A stretch of DNA of 64,000 nucleotides, taken from contig CAWDKY010000017.1 of the NCBI GenBank assembly GCA_963802945.1, positions 416,001 to 480,000 on the forward strand, written 5' to 3'. Under the pieces are notes generated by a model, which worked only from the letters and a program-made list of their open reading frames with translations, did no database searches and was not told the origin of the DNA. This stretch comes from an uncultured delta proteobacterium (GTDB lineage Bacteria; Desulfobacterota; RBG-13-43-22). The position numbers and the translations under genes are program-made. Positions 39,427 to 48,167 of the stretch are shown piece after piece (the first letter of the stretch is position 1; every line of letters begins with the position of its first letter).

Positions 39427-40194
39427 TTAACCAAATTTTCCTGAAACATAATCTTCGGTTCGTTTATCGGATGGGGTGGTAAAAAGGACATCGGGGGGGC
39501 CGTATTCAATTAACTCTCCCATAAGGAAAAAGGCCGTCTTGTCCGAAATACGGGCAATCTGTTTGGTATTGTTGCTAACCAGGATCATGGTATGGTCCTT
39601 CTTAAGGTTACGCAGGGCTTCCTCAATCTTGGCCGTAGAGATTGGGTCCAGACCCGATGTCGGTTCATCCAGAAGGATGACCTCGGATTGCATGGCCAAG
39701 GTACGGGCAATACAGAGGCGTTGCTGTTGGCCGCCGGAAAGTTTCAGGGCCGGTTCAAAAAGGCGGTCTTTTACCTCGTCCCAAAGGATGGCGGCCTGAA
39801 GGCTCTGTTCCACCCTTTCATCGAGGATACGCCGGCCTTTCAGGCCGTGCATTCGGGGACCAAAGGTAAGATTTTCATAAATGGAACGGGGCAAGGGGAT
39901 CGGTTTGGCAAAGACCATACCCACCCGGGCCCGCAAAAGATTGATATCATAATCGGGCAACAGGATATCGGCTCCATCCAGGAAGACCTGCCCTTGGATT
40001 GACATATTCGGGATCAAATCGCTTAAGCGATTTAAGATGCGTAACAGGGTAGTTTTGCCGCTATTGGAAGGTCCCATGATCCCGGTGATTTGATTGTTGG
40101 GGATGTCCAGGGAAATGGACTTAAGTGAAGCGTCCTGGCCGTAAGAAACCGTAAGGTCTTTGACCTGAATTTTATTCTGATCAGGGTTGGTCAT
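39427..40194 (-). CDS. pstB: Phosphate ABC ATPase PstB paralog (Q-loop and H-loop substituted)
   Basis: GPSNSGKT, LSGGQQQRLCIAR, LLDEPTSGLDP, YVSGKFG; FAKP and VSNN substitutions. Confidence 0.9.
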   Translation of the reverse strand: MTNPDQNKIQVKDLTVSYGQDASLKSISLDIPNNQITGIMGPSNSGKTTLLRILNRLSDLIPNMSIQGQVFLDGADILLPDYDINLLRARVGMVFAKPIPLPRSIYENLTFGPRMHGLKGRRILDERVEQSLQAAILWDEVKDRLFEPALKLSGGQQQRLCIARTLAMQSEVILLDEPTSGLDPISTAKIEEALRNLKKDHTMILVSNNTKQIARISDKTAFFLMGELIEYGPPDVLFTTPSDKRTEDYVSGKFG

Positions 40195-40235
40195 TGATTA
40201 ATCCGCAATCCCCATTCCGCAATCCGTAATAGAAA

Positions 40236-41072
40236 TCATGAGTACTTTTTCATTAATAACCGCATGGTCATATAGGCACTGATATTAATAATCAATATGA
40301 GCAGCACCAAGATGGCTGCTGTTCCGTAAGCCATAGGCATAGAGAGCCCTTCCCGGGCCAAAATATAAAAATGGACGGCCAAGGTGCGACCGGATTCAAA
40401 AATGGAATTCGGAAACCGGAGGGAAGATCCGGCGGTAAAGATAATGACAGCCGTTTCACCGACCGAACGGGCAATACTCAAGACGATGCCGGTCACAATC
40501 CCCGGAAGGGCCGCAGGCAGGACTACGCGGGTAATGGTCTTCCATTTACCTACACCAAGCGAGAAGGATACTTCTCGATATTCTCGGGGCACGGCTAAAA
40601 TCGATTCTTCCGAAGTTCGAATTATTGTCGGAAGCAACATGGCCGAAAGGGTCAGACCGCCGGAAAGCAGACTCCAGCCCCAGCCGAAGGCCATGACAAA
40701 GATAGCAAATCCAAAAAGACCCAGAATGATGGAAGGTATTCCGGCCAGGGATTCAGTCCCGAAACGGATGATCTTGGTGATCAGACCTTCCCGGGTGTAT
40801 TCGGTCAGAAAAATGGCCGTTCCCAGCCCCAAAGGTGTGGCGAAGAAAAGGGCGATCCCGATCAGATAAATAGTACTGACGATAGTGGACAGAATCCCGC
40901 CCGAGCGGCCCATATCAACAGGATTGGTAGACAGAAAGGCCCAGGAGAGCTGAGGGAGCCCATTAAAAAAAATAAAAAAGATAATAAAAAATAAAATCCC
41001 GATGGTTGAACCGGTCAGGCCCCAGAGAAGGGTCTTGACGAATTTTTGGGTTAATATGGGATTGAGGCGCAT
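40236..41072 (-). CDS. pstA: Phosphate ABC permease PstA
   Basis: LAGIPSIILGLFG, LPTIIRTSEE, ARSVGETA. Confidence 0.93.
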   Translation of the reverse strand: MRLNPILTQKFVKTLLWGLTGSTIGILFFIIFFIFFNGLPQLSWAFLSTNPVDMGRSGGILSTIVSTIYLIGIALFFATPLGLGTAIFLTEYTREGLITKIIRFGTESLAGIPSIILGLFGFAIFVMAFGWGWSLLSGGLTLSAMLLPTIIRTSEESILAVPREYREVSFSLGVGKWKTITRVVLPAALPGIVTGIVLSIARSVGETAVIIFTAGSSLRFPNSIFESGRTLAVHFYILAREGLSMPMAYGTAAILVLLILIINISAYMTMRLLMKKYS

Positions 41073-41908
41073 TATTTTTTCCGCATCAGAAGATTGGCCA
41101 GGATATTAAGAGCCATGATAAAAATAAATAAAATAATGCCGGCGGCAAAAAGGGCGGTTCGATGATCGCCGGCAGAATAGCCCATCTCGAGGGCGATAGT
41201 GCTGGTCAGGGTTCGCACCGGATCCAGGATGGAAAAGGGTATCTTTAAGGCATTGCCGGCCACCATAATCACAGCCATGGTTTCACCAATGGCCCGAGCC
41301 ATACCCAGAATGATGGCTGTTACCACCCCGGATCGGGCGGCCGGGAGGATAACCAGTCTAATGGCCTGCCAATGGGTGGCCCCCATGGCCAGGGCCCCTT
41401 CTTTGTACAACAAGGGGACGGCTTGAATAGCATCGATGGAAATACTGGTGATGGTCGGGAGGATCATAATAGCCAAAATGATAGAGGCCGCTAAAAGCGA
41501 CAATCCCGGCCCGCCAAGATATTCCCGGATCATTGGGACTAATAAAATGACTCCTAAAAATCCAAAGACTACGGAAGGAATACCGGCCAGGAGTTCAATC
41601 GTCGGCTTTAAGAAAATTAATAGACGGGGCGGACAAAACTCCGCCAGGGTAATGGCACAGGCCAAAGCCAAGGGCACTCCCATGATGATGGATCCGAAAG
41701 TAACAGCCAGAGAGGAGATGATCATGGATAAGATTCCGAAATGGCCTTTGGTCGGAGCCCATTTGGCACTGAAAAGGAAGTCTTTTATCCCCACTTTTAA
41801 GATCAGGGGGAGGCCTTCCTTAAAAATAAAGACCGTTATGAGCAACAAGACTCCAATAGCGGAGAAGGCCAGGAGAGTAAGGACCTTTTCGATGATTTTT
41901 TCTTTCAT
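41072..41908 (-). CDS. pstC: Phosphate ABC permease PstC
   Basis: ELLAGIPSVVFG, ARAIGETMAVIMVAGN. Confidence 0.93.
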   Translation of the reverse strand: MKEKIIEKVLTLLAFSAIGVLLLITVFIFKEGLPLILKVGIKDFLFSAKWAPTKGHFGILSMIISSLAVTFGSIIMGVPLALACAITLAEFCPPRLLIFLKPTIELLAGIPSVVFGFLGVILLVPMIREYLGGPGLSLLAASIILAIMILPTITSISIDAIQAVPLLYKEGALAMGATHWQAIRLVILPAARSGVVTAIILGMARAIGETMAVIMVAGNALKIPFSILDPVRTLTSTIALEMGYSAGDHRTALFAAGIILFIFIMALNILANLLMRKK

Positions 41909-41909
41909 C

Positions 41910-42716
41910 CTAATGGATTCCTACCAAACCTTCTTTTTCCAAAATTTTCTGACCTTCTTTACTTAAAATAAAATCGATAAACCTTCGGGCCAGGTCTGTG
42001 GGTTGACTGGGGAGGACGAAGATAAAAGGTCTGGTTAAGGTATATTGATTGTTTTTGATGGTTTTCAAATTGGGTGATATCGAGTTAACGGCCAGGGCCT
42101 TGACCTGATGGTTGATAATACCAAAAGAGATATAGCCGATGGCCTGAGGGTTATTGGCAATGATTTCCCGGACTGCACCATTGGAGTCCTGGACCAAAGC
42201 CTCGTCGGAAACCTCTTCTTTTTGCATAACCAGGCTTTCAAAGGCATCACGGGTTCCTGAACCCTCTTCGCGGTTAACAAAAAAAATCGGTTTATCCACC
42301 CAGCCTAAGCGGGCCCAAGAACGGATTTTCCCGGAAAAGATTCCCCGAAGTTGTTCAATCGAAATATCATTAACCGGGTTTTGGGGGTGAACAATGACAG
42401 CGATCCCGTCTTTGGCTACGATTATTTTGGTTAAGTCTCCTTCGTCGTGATGGAGTTCTCTGGAAGAGGTCCCGATTTGAGCCGCCCTTTCCCGGCAGGC
42501 CTTGATCCCGGCGGTCGATCCCCCTCCTTGAACATTAATGATGAGCTTGGGATTGAAAGCCATATAGATTTCCGCCAGTTTTTCGGCAAAGGGCTGTACG
42601 GAGGTGGAGCCGGCAATGGTTAACGAGTGAGACAGGGTATCCGTTTTTGAAGAACAGCCCAGGGCAATTAAAAAGACCACTAGGCTAAACCCAATAAAGG
42701 CCTGTTTGCATCGCAT
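41910..42716 (-). CDS. pstS: Phosphate-binding lipoprotein PstS
   Basis: Lipobox ALGC; AGSTSVQP, GGGSTAG, REEGSGTR. Confidence 0.92.
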   Translation of the reverse strand: MRCKQAFIGFSLVVFLIALGCSSKTDTLSHSLTIAGSTSVQPFAEKLAEIYMAFNPKLIINVQGGGSTAGIKACRERAAQIGTSSRELHHDEGDLTKIIVAKDGIAVIVHPQNPVNDISIEQLRGIFSGKIRSWARLGWVDKPIFFVNREEGSGTRDAFESLVMQKEEVSDEALVQDSNGAVREIIANNPQAIGYISFGIINHQVKALAVNSISPNLKTIKNNQYTLTRPFIFVLPSQPTDLARRFIDFILSKEGQKILEKEGLVGIH

Positions 42717-42771
42717 TCGGAAAAGTCTTTTTATAAGAAACCCCAGTCTGGGTTAACTAGTTTAAGGATTC

Positions 42772-42848
42772 TGGCGCGCCCGGCCCGACTCGAACGGGCG
42801 GCCTGCGGATTCGAAGTCCGACGCTCTATCCGACTGAGCTACGGGCGC
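42772..42848 (-). tRNA. tRNA-Arg(TCG)
   Basis: GCGCCCGTAGCTCAGTCGGATAGAGCGTCGGACTTCGAATCCGCAGGCCGCCCGTTCGAGTCGGGCCGGGCGCGCCA. Confidence 0.96.
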
Positions 42849-43013
42849 ACGCAAGGTCACCATACTAAAAAATGGTTTCAAATTCAAGAAAATCAATGGC
42901 GTAGATAAAAATAAAGAAAGCCAGTTTAAATAGACAGTTATTCTTCTTGAAACGAGTTATAAGGTATGTTAATTAAAATCATTAAAAGAAGTTTTACTCA
43001 GGAGGCCTTTTCC

Positions 43014-43310
43014 ATGTTTGTATTTGGAAATCTATTAATAGCGGTAGCAAAAATTCTGGATATTCTTTTTACCTTCTATACCTGGATTATCATTGCCCAG
43101 GCTATTATCTCTTGGGTCCGTCCCGATCCCTACAATCCCATCGTCCGCTTCCTTTATGCAGTTACCGAACCGGTTTTAAGGCCAATCCGTCGTTATCTTC
43201 CGGTCAACTGGGGAGGATTCGATTTTTCACCCCTTGTCGTTCTTCTGGCCGTCATCTTTTTGCAGGAATTTCTGATTAAAAGTCTGATTCAATTGGGCCT
43301 GCGGATGTGA
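43014..43310 (+). CDS. yggT: YggT family membrane protein
   Basis: ISWVRPDPYNPIVRFLYAVTEPVLRPIRR..DFSP. Confidence 0.92.
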   Translation: MFVFGNLLIAVAKILDILFTFYTWIIIAQAIISWVRPDPYNPIVRFLYAVTEPVLRPIRRYLPVNWGGFDFSPLVVLLAVIFLQEFLIKSLIQLGLRM

Positions 43311-43669
43311 GCCATCTTCCTAAAAAAAAAGCCAATTCAGCTTGTTTTCTTCCATCGCTTCCCGTTTACATAAAACCGACCACGGAAGGCCCAATACTGA
43401 CCCTTTGGATCCAGCCTGGGGCCAAAAGGACAGGGTGGTCCGGTTTCCATGACCAACTCCCGAAACTCATGATCCAAGCACCACCGGTGGAGGGGGTCGC
43501 CAATCAAAGCTGTATCATCTTTTTGGCCCGATGGGTTGGGATTAAAAAATCTGAGGTTGTACTGCTCAAGGGAGAGAAATCGCGGTCAAAGGTATTTCTG
43601 CTGAAAGGCCTGACGGTTAGAAAATGTATCTCCATTATTCCAGGCCAAAATCAAGATCTGCCGAGTTGA
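43307..43669 (+). CDS. DUF167/YggU family protein (start uncertain)
   Basis: IQPGAKRT, APPVEGVAN, GEKSRSK; follows yggT. Confidence 0.8.
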   Translation: MSHLPKKKANSACFLPSLPVYIKPTTEGPILTLWIQPGAKRTGWSGFHDQLPKLMIQAPPVEGVANQSCIIFLARWVGIKKSEVVLLKGEKSRSKVFLLKGLTVRKCISIIPGQNQDLPS

Positions 43670-43838
43670 AAGAAGGATAATAATCCTCGGTCATCTCCAT
43701 GTCGAACCATTGTTTTTTGGCCAGGGCACATCGGATATTTAAAGCACAATATTTCAGGCAGATCGGGTCGATCCGATTAAATTGGCTAAAACAATCAAAA
43801 CGGCCGTTCAATTGCTGTGCAGTAAAGAGTTTTTTCAT
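43635..43838 (-). CDS. Small Cys-rich hypothetical protein
   Basis: GGGAGG RBS; DCF..DPICLKYCALNIRC (4 Cys). Confidence 0.6.
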   Translation of the reverse strand: MKKLFTAQQLNGRFDCFSQFNRIDPICLKYCALNIRCALAKKQWFDMEMTEDYYPSFNSADLDFGLE

Positions 43839-44122
43839 ATAAGCCTCCCATAAATCTCGTGGCTTAGAGGGATGTTATAATGACCAACACCAGGGAATTC
43901 CTTAAAAAAACAGAGGGTTTGCAACGAAGTCTTTCAAGGAAAAACATTGTGTGATGGTTATATTAGCTTAGGCCGAATCATTTGTCCAGATAAAAGAAGG
44001 TCACTCCTTTTTTATCTCTTGGGAAACTATAAAATGGGAATGATGGGATTTGAGTAAATGTAGTATTATTACTTGGATAGACTCGTTAATGATGGGGTTT
44101 GCCTACCGAAAAATCTTCCCGA

Positions 44123-44911
44123 TCAGCCTAAGATCTCCAACATTTCCTGATGGATAAGTCCATTGGTGGCCAGTATTTGCTTTTTATGGATATGAAAAGG
44201 ACGACCGGAAAAATCCGAGACCCGGCCGCCGGCTTCGGCCACAATAAGCACCCCGGCTGCCGTATCCCAGGGTTTTAGGAATTGTTCCCAGCATCCGCTG
44301 AATACCCCTCGAGCTACTAAGCATAGGTCCATAGCGGCTGAACCGGCGCGGCGTACTCCTTGTGCCCGGATAATGACCTGTTCAAAACGTTTCAGGATTG
44401 GCTGGTATGTTTTTCGGATATTATAGGGAAATCCGGTTGCCAGAAGACTTTGGGAGACCTTGGTCAATGACGAAACCTGTATTGGACGGCTGTTGAAAAA
44501 AGCCCCTTTCCCTTTTAAGGCCCAGTAGGTTTCCTCGAGTTCAGGGTTGTGGACAATCCCCAGGAGGGGGACATCCTCACAGATCAAGGCCAGAGAAACA
44601 CAAAAAAAAGGAAAACCGTGGACGAAATTCGTGGTTCCGTCCAGGGGATCCAGGACCCAGCAATAAGGAGAAACACGGCGCTCAATCCCCGATTCCTCAA
44701 CGAGGAAATCGACATCCGGGGAAAAGGGTTGGAGTCTGGCAATCACCGATTCCTGGGATTTGAAATCCCATTCGGTGACCAGATCAATAGCCCCTTTTTT
44801 TTGATAGATTTTTGTTTTTCGAAAACCTTCTTTTAATATCCGGCCTGCCTCCAATACCGCTTCCATGGCCCTTTGAAAAGCATGATCGAGATTGAAATCC
44901 TTTTGGCCCAA
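44123..44911 (-). CDS. suhB: Inositol monophosphatase family protein
   Basis: WVLDPLDGTTNFVHG, RRAGSAAMD, KPWDTAAG. Confidence 0.92.
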   Translation of the reverse strand: MGQKDFNLDHAFQRAMEAVLEAGRILKEGFRKTKIYQKKGAIDLVTEWDFKSQESVIARLQPFSPDVDFLVEESGIERRVSPYCWVLDPLDGTTNFVHGFPFFCVSLALICEDVPLLGIVHNPELEETYWALKGKGAFFNSRPIQVSSLTKVSQSLLATGFPYNIRKTYQPILKRFEQVIIRAQGVRRAGSAAMDLCLVARGVFSGCWEQFLKPWDTAAGVLIVAEAGGRVSDFSGRPFHIHKKQILATNGLIHQEMLEILG

Positions 44912-44939
44912 ATTAAACGTCCTTGAATTGTTATTTAAG

Positions 44940-45962
44940 TCAGTTGATAAATACTTTGGTGTAGTAGCCTGTATTCATCATGGCTTTGCCTGCCCCCATG
45001 ACCACCGAGGTCAAAGGGCCTTCGGCTATTTGGACCTTAAGCCCGGTTTCCCTTTCCAAGAGTTTATCCAGCCCCTTAAGTAGAGCCCCACCCCCGGCCA
45101 GGGTCATCCCATCCTGGCTGATATCTCCAGATAATTCAGGTGGGGTTTTTTCAAGAGCCCGTTTGACGGCGTCAACAATGGCCCAAATGGGTTCGGCCAT
45201 CCCTTCCCTAAGGTCTTTGTCGGTCAGTTGAATAGTTCGAGGGATCCCGGAATAAACCTCTTTTCCTGATACCTGAAAAGAGATGGGTTTTCCCTGAGGA
45301 AAAGCCGAACCGTAATCAAACTTAATCTGTTCGGCAGTGTTCTCTCCTACTTGCAGATTGAATTGCTTTTCCAGGAAATATATAATGGATTCATTAAGTT
45401 CATCTCCGGCCACCCGTATCGACTCACAATAAGCGGTGGAAAACCGAAAAATGATGGCCACTTCCGTAGTCCCCCCTCCGATATCCACAATCATATTGGC
45501 ACGGGAAGATTCAACCGGTAAACCGGCTCCAATGGCCGCGGCCATGGGCTCCTCAATAAGATAGATATCCCTGGCCCCGGCTTCCAGGGCTGATTCGACC
45601 ACAGCCCTCTTTTCTACCATGGTGATTCCAGATGGGACACCGATGACTAAATTTGGCCGAAAAAATCTGGATTTTTCTCTAACCTTAAGGAGAAAATATT
45701 TAATCATTTCCCGGGTAATATCGAAATCGGCGATAACCCCGTCCTTCATAGGACGAATCGCCGAAATACGCGGAGGCGTCCGGCCCAAATAGTCCTTGGC
45801 CTCTTTGCCGACGGCCAGAACCTGTCCGGTTTCATTATTGATGGCCACAACCGAAGGTTCATTAAGAACCACTCCCTGGTTTTTTTTAAAGATCAAAGTA
45901 TTGGCCGTACCCAAATCCATGGCCATATCTTCACAAAAGAGGCCGAAGAATTTTCTGATCAT
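44940..45962 (-). CDS. mreB: MreB-family actin-like protein
   Basis: DLGTANT, PMKDGVIADF, EEPMAAAIGAG, DIGGGTTEVA; no mreC/mreD adjacent, so possibly a paralog. Confidence 0.9.
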   Translation of the reverse strand: MIRKFFGLFCEDMAMDLGTANTLIFKKNQGVVLNEPSVVAINNETGQVLAVGKEAKDYLGRTPPRISAIRPMKDGVIADFDITREMIKYFLLKVREKSRFFRPNLVIGVPSGITMVEKRAVVESALEAGARDIYLIEEPMAAAIGAGLPVESSRANMIVDIGGGTTEVAIIFRFSTAYCESIRVAGDELNESIIYFLEKQFNLQVGENTAEQIKFDYGSAFPQGKPISFQVSGKEVYSGIPRTIQLTDKDLREGMAEPIWAIVDAVKRALEKTPPELSGDISQDGMTLAGGGALLKGLDKLLERETGLKVQIAEGPLTSVVMGAGKAMMNTGYYTKVFIN

Positions 45963-45971
45963 TGTTTTAAC

Positions 45972-46952
45972 TCACAGGTTCATTAAATAAAGTATTGAAG
46001 TGATAATAGTCTGGCCGGCTGAGATCAAGGCTTGGATTTCATTCTCTCCCCAATCATTCTCCCGGTAGCCGATCAAATTCATTACCCCATATAACCTGCC
46101 GAAAAAACATAGGGGCAGTCCGATGAACGATTGGAAGTGCATACAAGGGTCATCAGGGAAAAAAACATAGGATTTGTGATTCCTCGGTTTCATTGAACGA
46201 CGTACCAGAGGTTTTTCTTCTCGGATGACCCAGCCGGTTAACCCCATCTCAATGGGCAGGAAGGTTTTTTTTAAGGGACCCTTCAAAGTCCCATCCGATG
46301 CAACCACCTTGTATCGATCCCTTTTCTTGGGAACTAGGGCCAAAAAGGCTGTATCCGTTCTGGAAAATAACCGGCAGAGGCTAAGCGCTTTTTGATAATA
46401 ATCGTTTAAATCCTGTTCTTCCTTGGAAAGAGAGTCTATTTGATTATAAAATTCCAAAATGAAACGTTGTTGTTTTTCTTGCGTGCTCATATTCTGAGCC
46501 TGAAGGATATGAAGGACCAATAAGGCAAAATCTTGGAGTATCTTCTGGTCTTTTTCAGTAAAAACATAGTTTCTTTTACTGTCAATACATAGGACTCCAG
46601 CCTCACCCACGGGAACCGCCAAGAATGATTTTATTTTTTCATCCCGCAGGTACAATTTGAGATTCCTGGTGTCCCGATCAAATCTGGCGATATTGACTGG
46701 GGTTTGGTTTTTGGCCACCCAGCCTATTAGACTGTCCCCGACCTGAAGGTGAGTATCGGGATCAATGTGGAGACTCAGACTGTGATAAGCTCTAAGATTC
46801 AGTATGTTTTTAGCAGGATTGAACAGGAACAGGGCCGTGGTAAAAGACTCGGTTACATTACTGATGAGTTGAATTAATTCCTTCAATCCATAATCGGGTG
46901 GGGTATCTATTTGAACGAGCGAGGGCATTTTAAAAAATGCATTATCATCCAT
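45972..46952 (-). CDS. Tandem GAF-domain protein
   Basis: GDSLIGWVAKNQ..SFLAVPV..GVLCIDS; second GLTGWV..SFIGLPL. Confidence 0.8.
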   Translation of the reverse strand: MDDNAFFKMPSLVQIDTPPDYGLKELIQLISNVTESFTTALFLFNPAKNILNLRAYHSLSLHIDPDTHLQVGDSLIGWVAKNQTPVNIARFDRDTRNLKLYLRDEKIKSFLAVPVGEAGVLCIDSKRNYVFTEKDQKILQDFALLVLHILQAQNMSTQEKQQRFILEFYNQIDSLSKEEQDLNDYYQKALSLCRLFSRTDTAFLALVPKKRDRYKVVASDGTLKGPLKKTFLPIEMGLTGWVIREEKPLVRRSMKPRNHKSYVFFPDDPCMHFQSFIGLPLCFFGRLYGVMNLIGYRENDWGENEIQALISAGQTIITSILYLMNL

Positions 46953-47058
46953 TGCATAATATGTTATAAAAAAAGATAATTGGGGGTAAGCCGTGTAATC
47001 CGGCTTTTAAAAACTTCTATCGCATTTGCCAGAAGTTGTCAATTTTTTTTGGAAAGAT

Positions 47059-48165
47059 ATGATGAAATCGAGTTGTGACCTTAAGCCGACATCAAGCATC
47101 TTGAGGCGAAAAACGATTTCTGTTTCCGTCGGAGGCATTCGGATCGGGAGCCGGCATCCCATAGTGGTTCAATCCATGACCAGCACGGATACCCGAAATG
47201 CCCATCAGACGTTAAAGCAAATTAAAGAACTGGCCAGAGCAGGCTGTGAACTGATCCGTGTAGCCATTCCTGACCAGGAGGCTGTTTCGTCCCTAAAGGA
47301 AATCGTTCAAAAATCACCTTTGCCAGTCATTGCTGACATCCATTTTGATTTCCGTTTGGCTCTGGAAGGAATGAAGGCCGGTGCTGCTGGCATCCGGATC
47401 AATCCAGGGAATATCGGGGGTCAGGAAAAGATCGCCCGAATTATCGAGAAGGCAGATGAAAGAGGGGTTTGTATCCGTATCGGGGTCAATGCCGGCTCTC
47501 TAGAGAAAGAGGTAAAATCCAAGAGTCAAAAAGAGGGACAAGCTGAGGCTATGGTAGCCTCTGCCTTAAGGCATATCGCCCTTTTTGAAAAGATGAAGTT
47601 CAAGAATCTTAAGATTTCCATGAAGTCATCCGATGTACTGCAAACCGTTCGAGCCTATCAATTGTTGGCTAAAGAGGTTGATTATCCTTTCCATCTGGGG
47701 ATTACCGAGGCCGGAACCATGCTTTCCGGAACGGTTAAATCAGCCCTGGGGATAGGCCTTCTTCTCTATCAGGGAATCGGCGACACCCTGCGGGTTTCCC
47801 TGACGGCCCATCCCCGCGAAGAAATCAAGGTGGCTTATCAAATACTCGGGGCCTTGGGATTGAGGAAGAGAGGGATTGAGATCATTTCCTGCCCTACCTG
47901 CGGACGATGTCAAATCGATCTCTTGCCTCTGGTTCAAAAAGTAGAAAAGGCGGTCCAAAAATACACCCGGCCATTAAAGGTGGCCATCATGGGCTGCGTG
48001 GTCAACGGCCCCGGTGAAGCCAGGGAAGCCGATATCGGCATTGCCGGGGGAAAAGGTTTGGGCCTTCTATTTTCCAAGGGAAAGCTGCTCCGCAAGGTTC
48101 CTGAAAAGGACTTGGTGGAAACCCTGTTGGAGGAAATTAAAAATAGGATTCAGGAGAAAAACTAA
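47059..48165 (+). CDS. ispG: HMBPP synthase
   Basis: VQSMT, ADIHF, RINPGNIG, HLGITEAG, SCPTCGR, MGCVVNGPGEA. Confidence 0.97.
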   Translation: MMKSSCDLKPTSSILRRKTISVSVGGIRIGSRHPIVVQSMTSTDTRNAHQTLKQIKELARAGCELIRVAIPDQEAVSSLKEIVQKSPLPVIADIHFDFRLALEGMKAGAAGIRINPGNIGGQEKIARIIEKADERGVCIRIGVNAGSLEKEVKSKSQKEGQAEAMVASALRHIALFEKMKFKNLKISMKSSDVLQTVRAYQLLAKEVDYPFHLGITEAGTMLSGTVKSALGIGLLLYQGIGDTLRVSLTAHPREEIKVAYQILGALGLRKRGIEIISCPTCGRCQIDLLPLVQKVEKAVQKYTRPLKVAIMGCVVNGPGEAREADIGIAGGKGLGLLFSKGKLLRKVPEKDLVETLLEEIKNRIQEKN

Positions 48166-48167
48166 AC

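Noticed and set aside
38569-39444. 291-aa plus-strand ORF and similar long antisense ORFs (e.g. 48270-49031, 62799-63539)
   Set aside because: Shadow frames of well-supported genes on the opposite strand.
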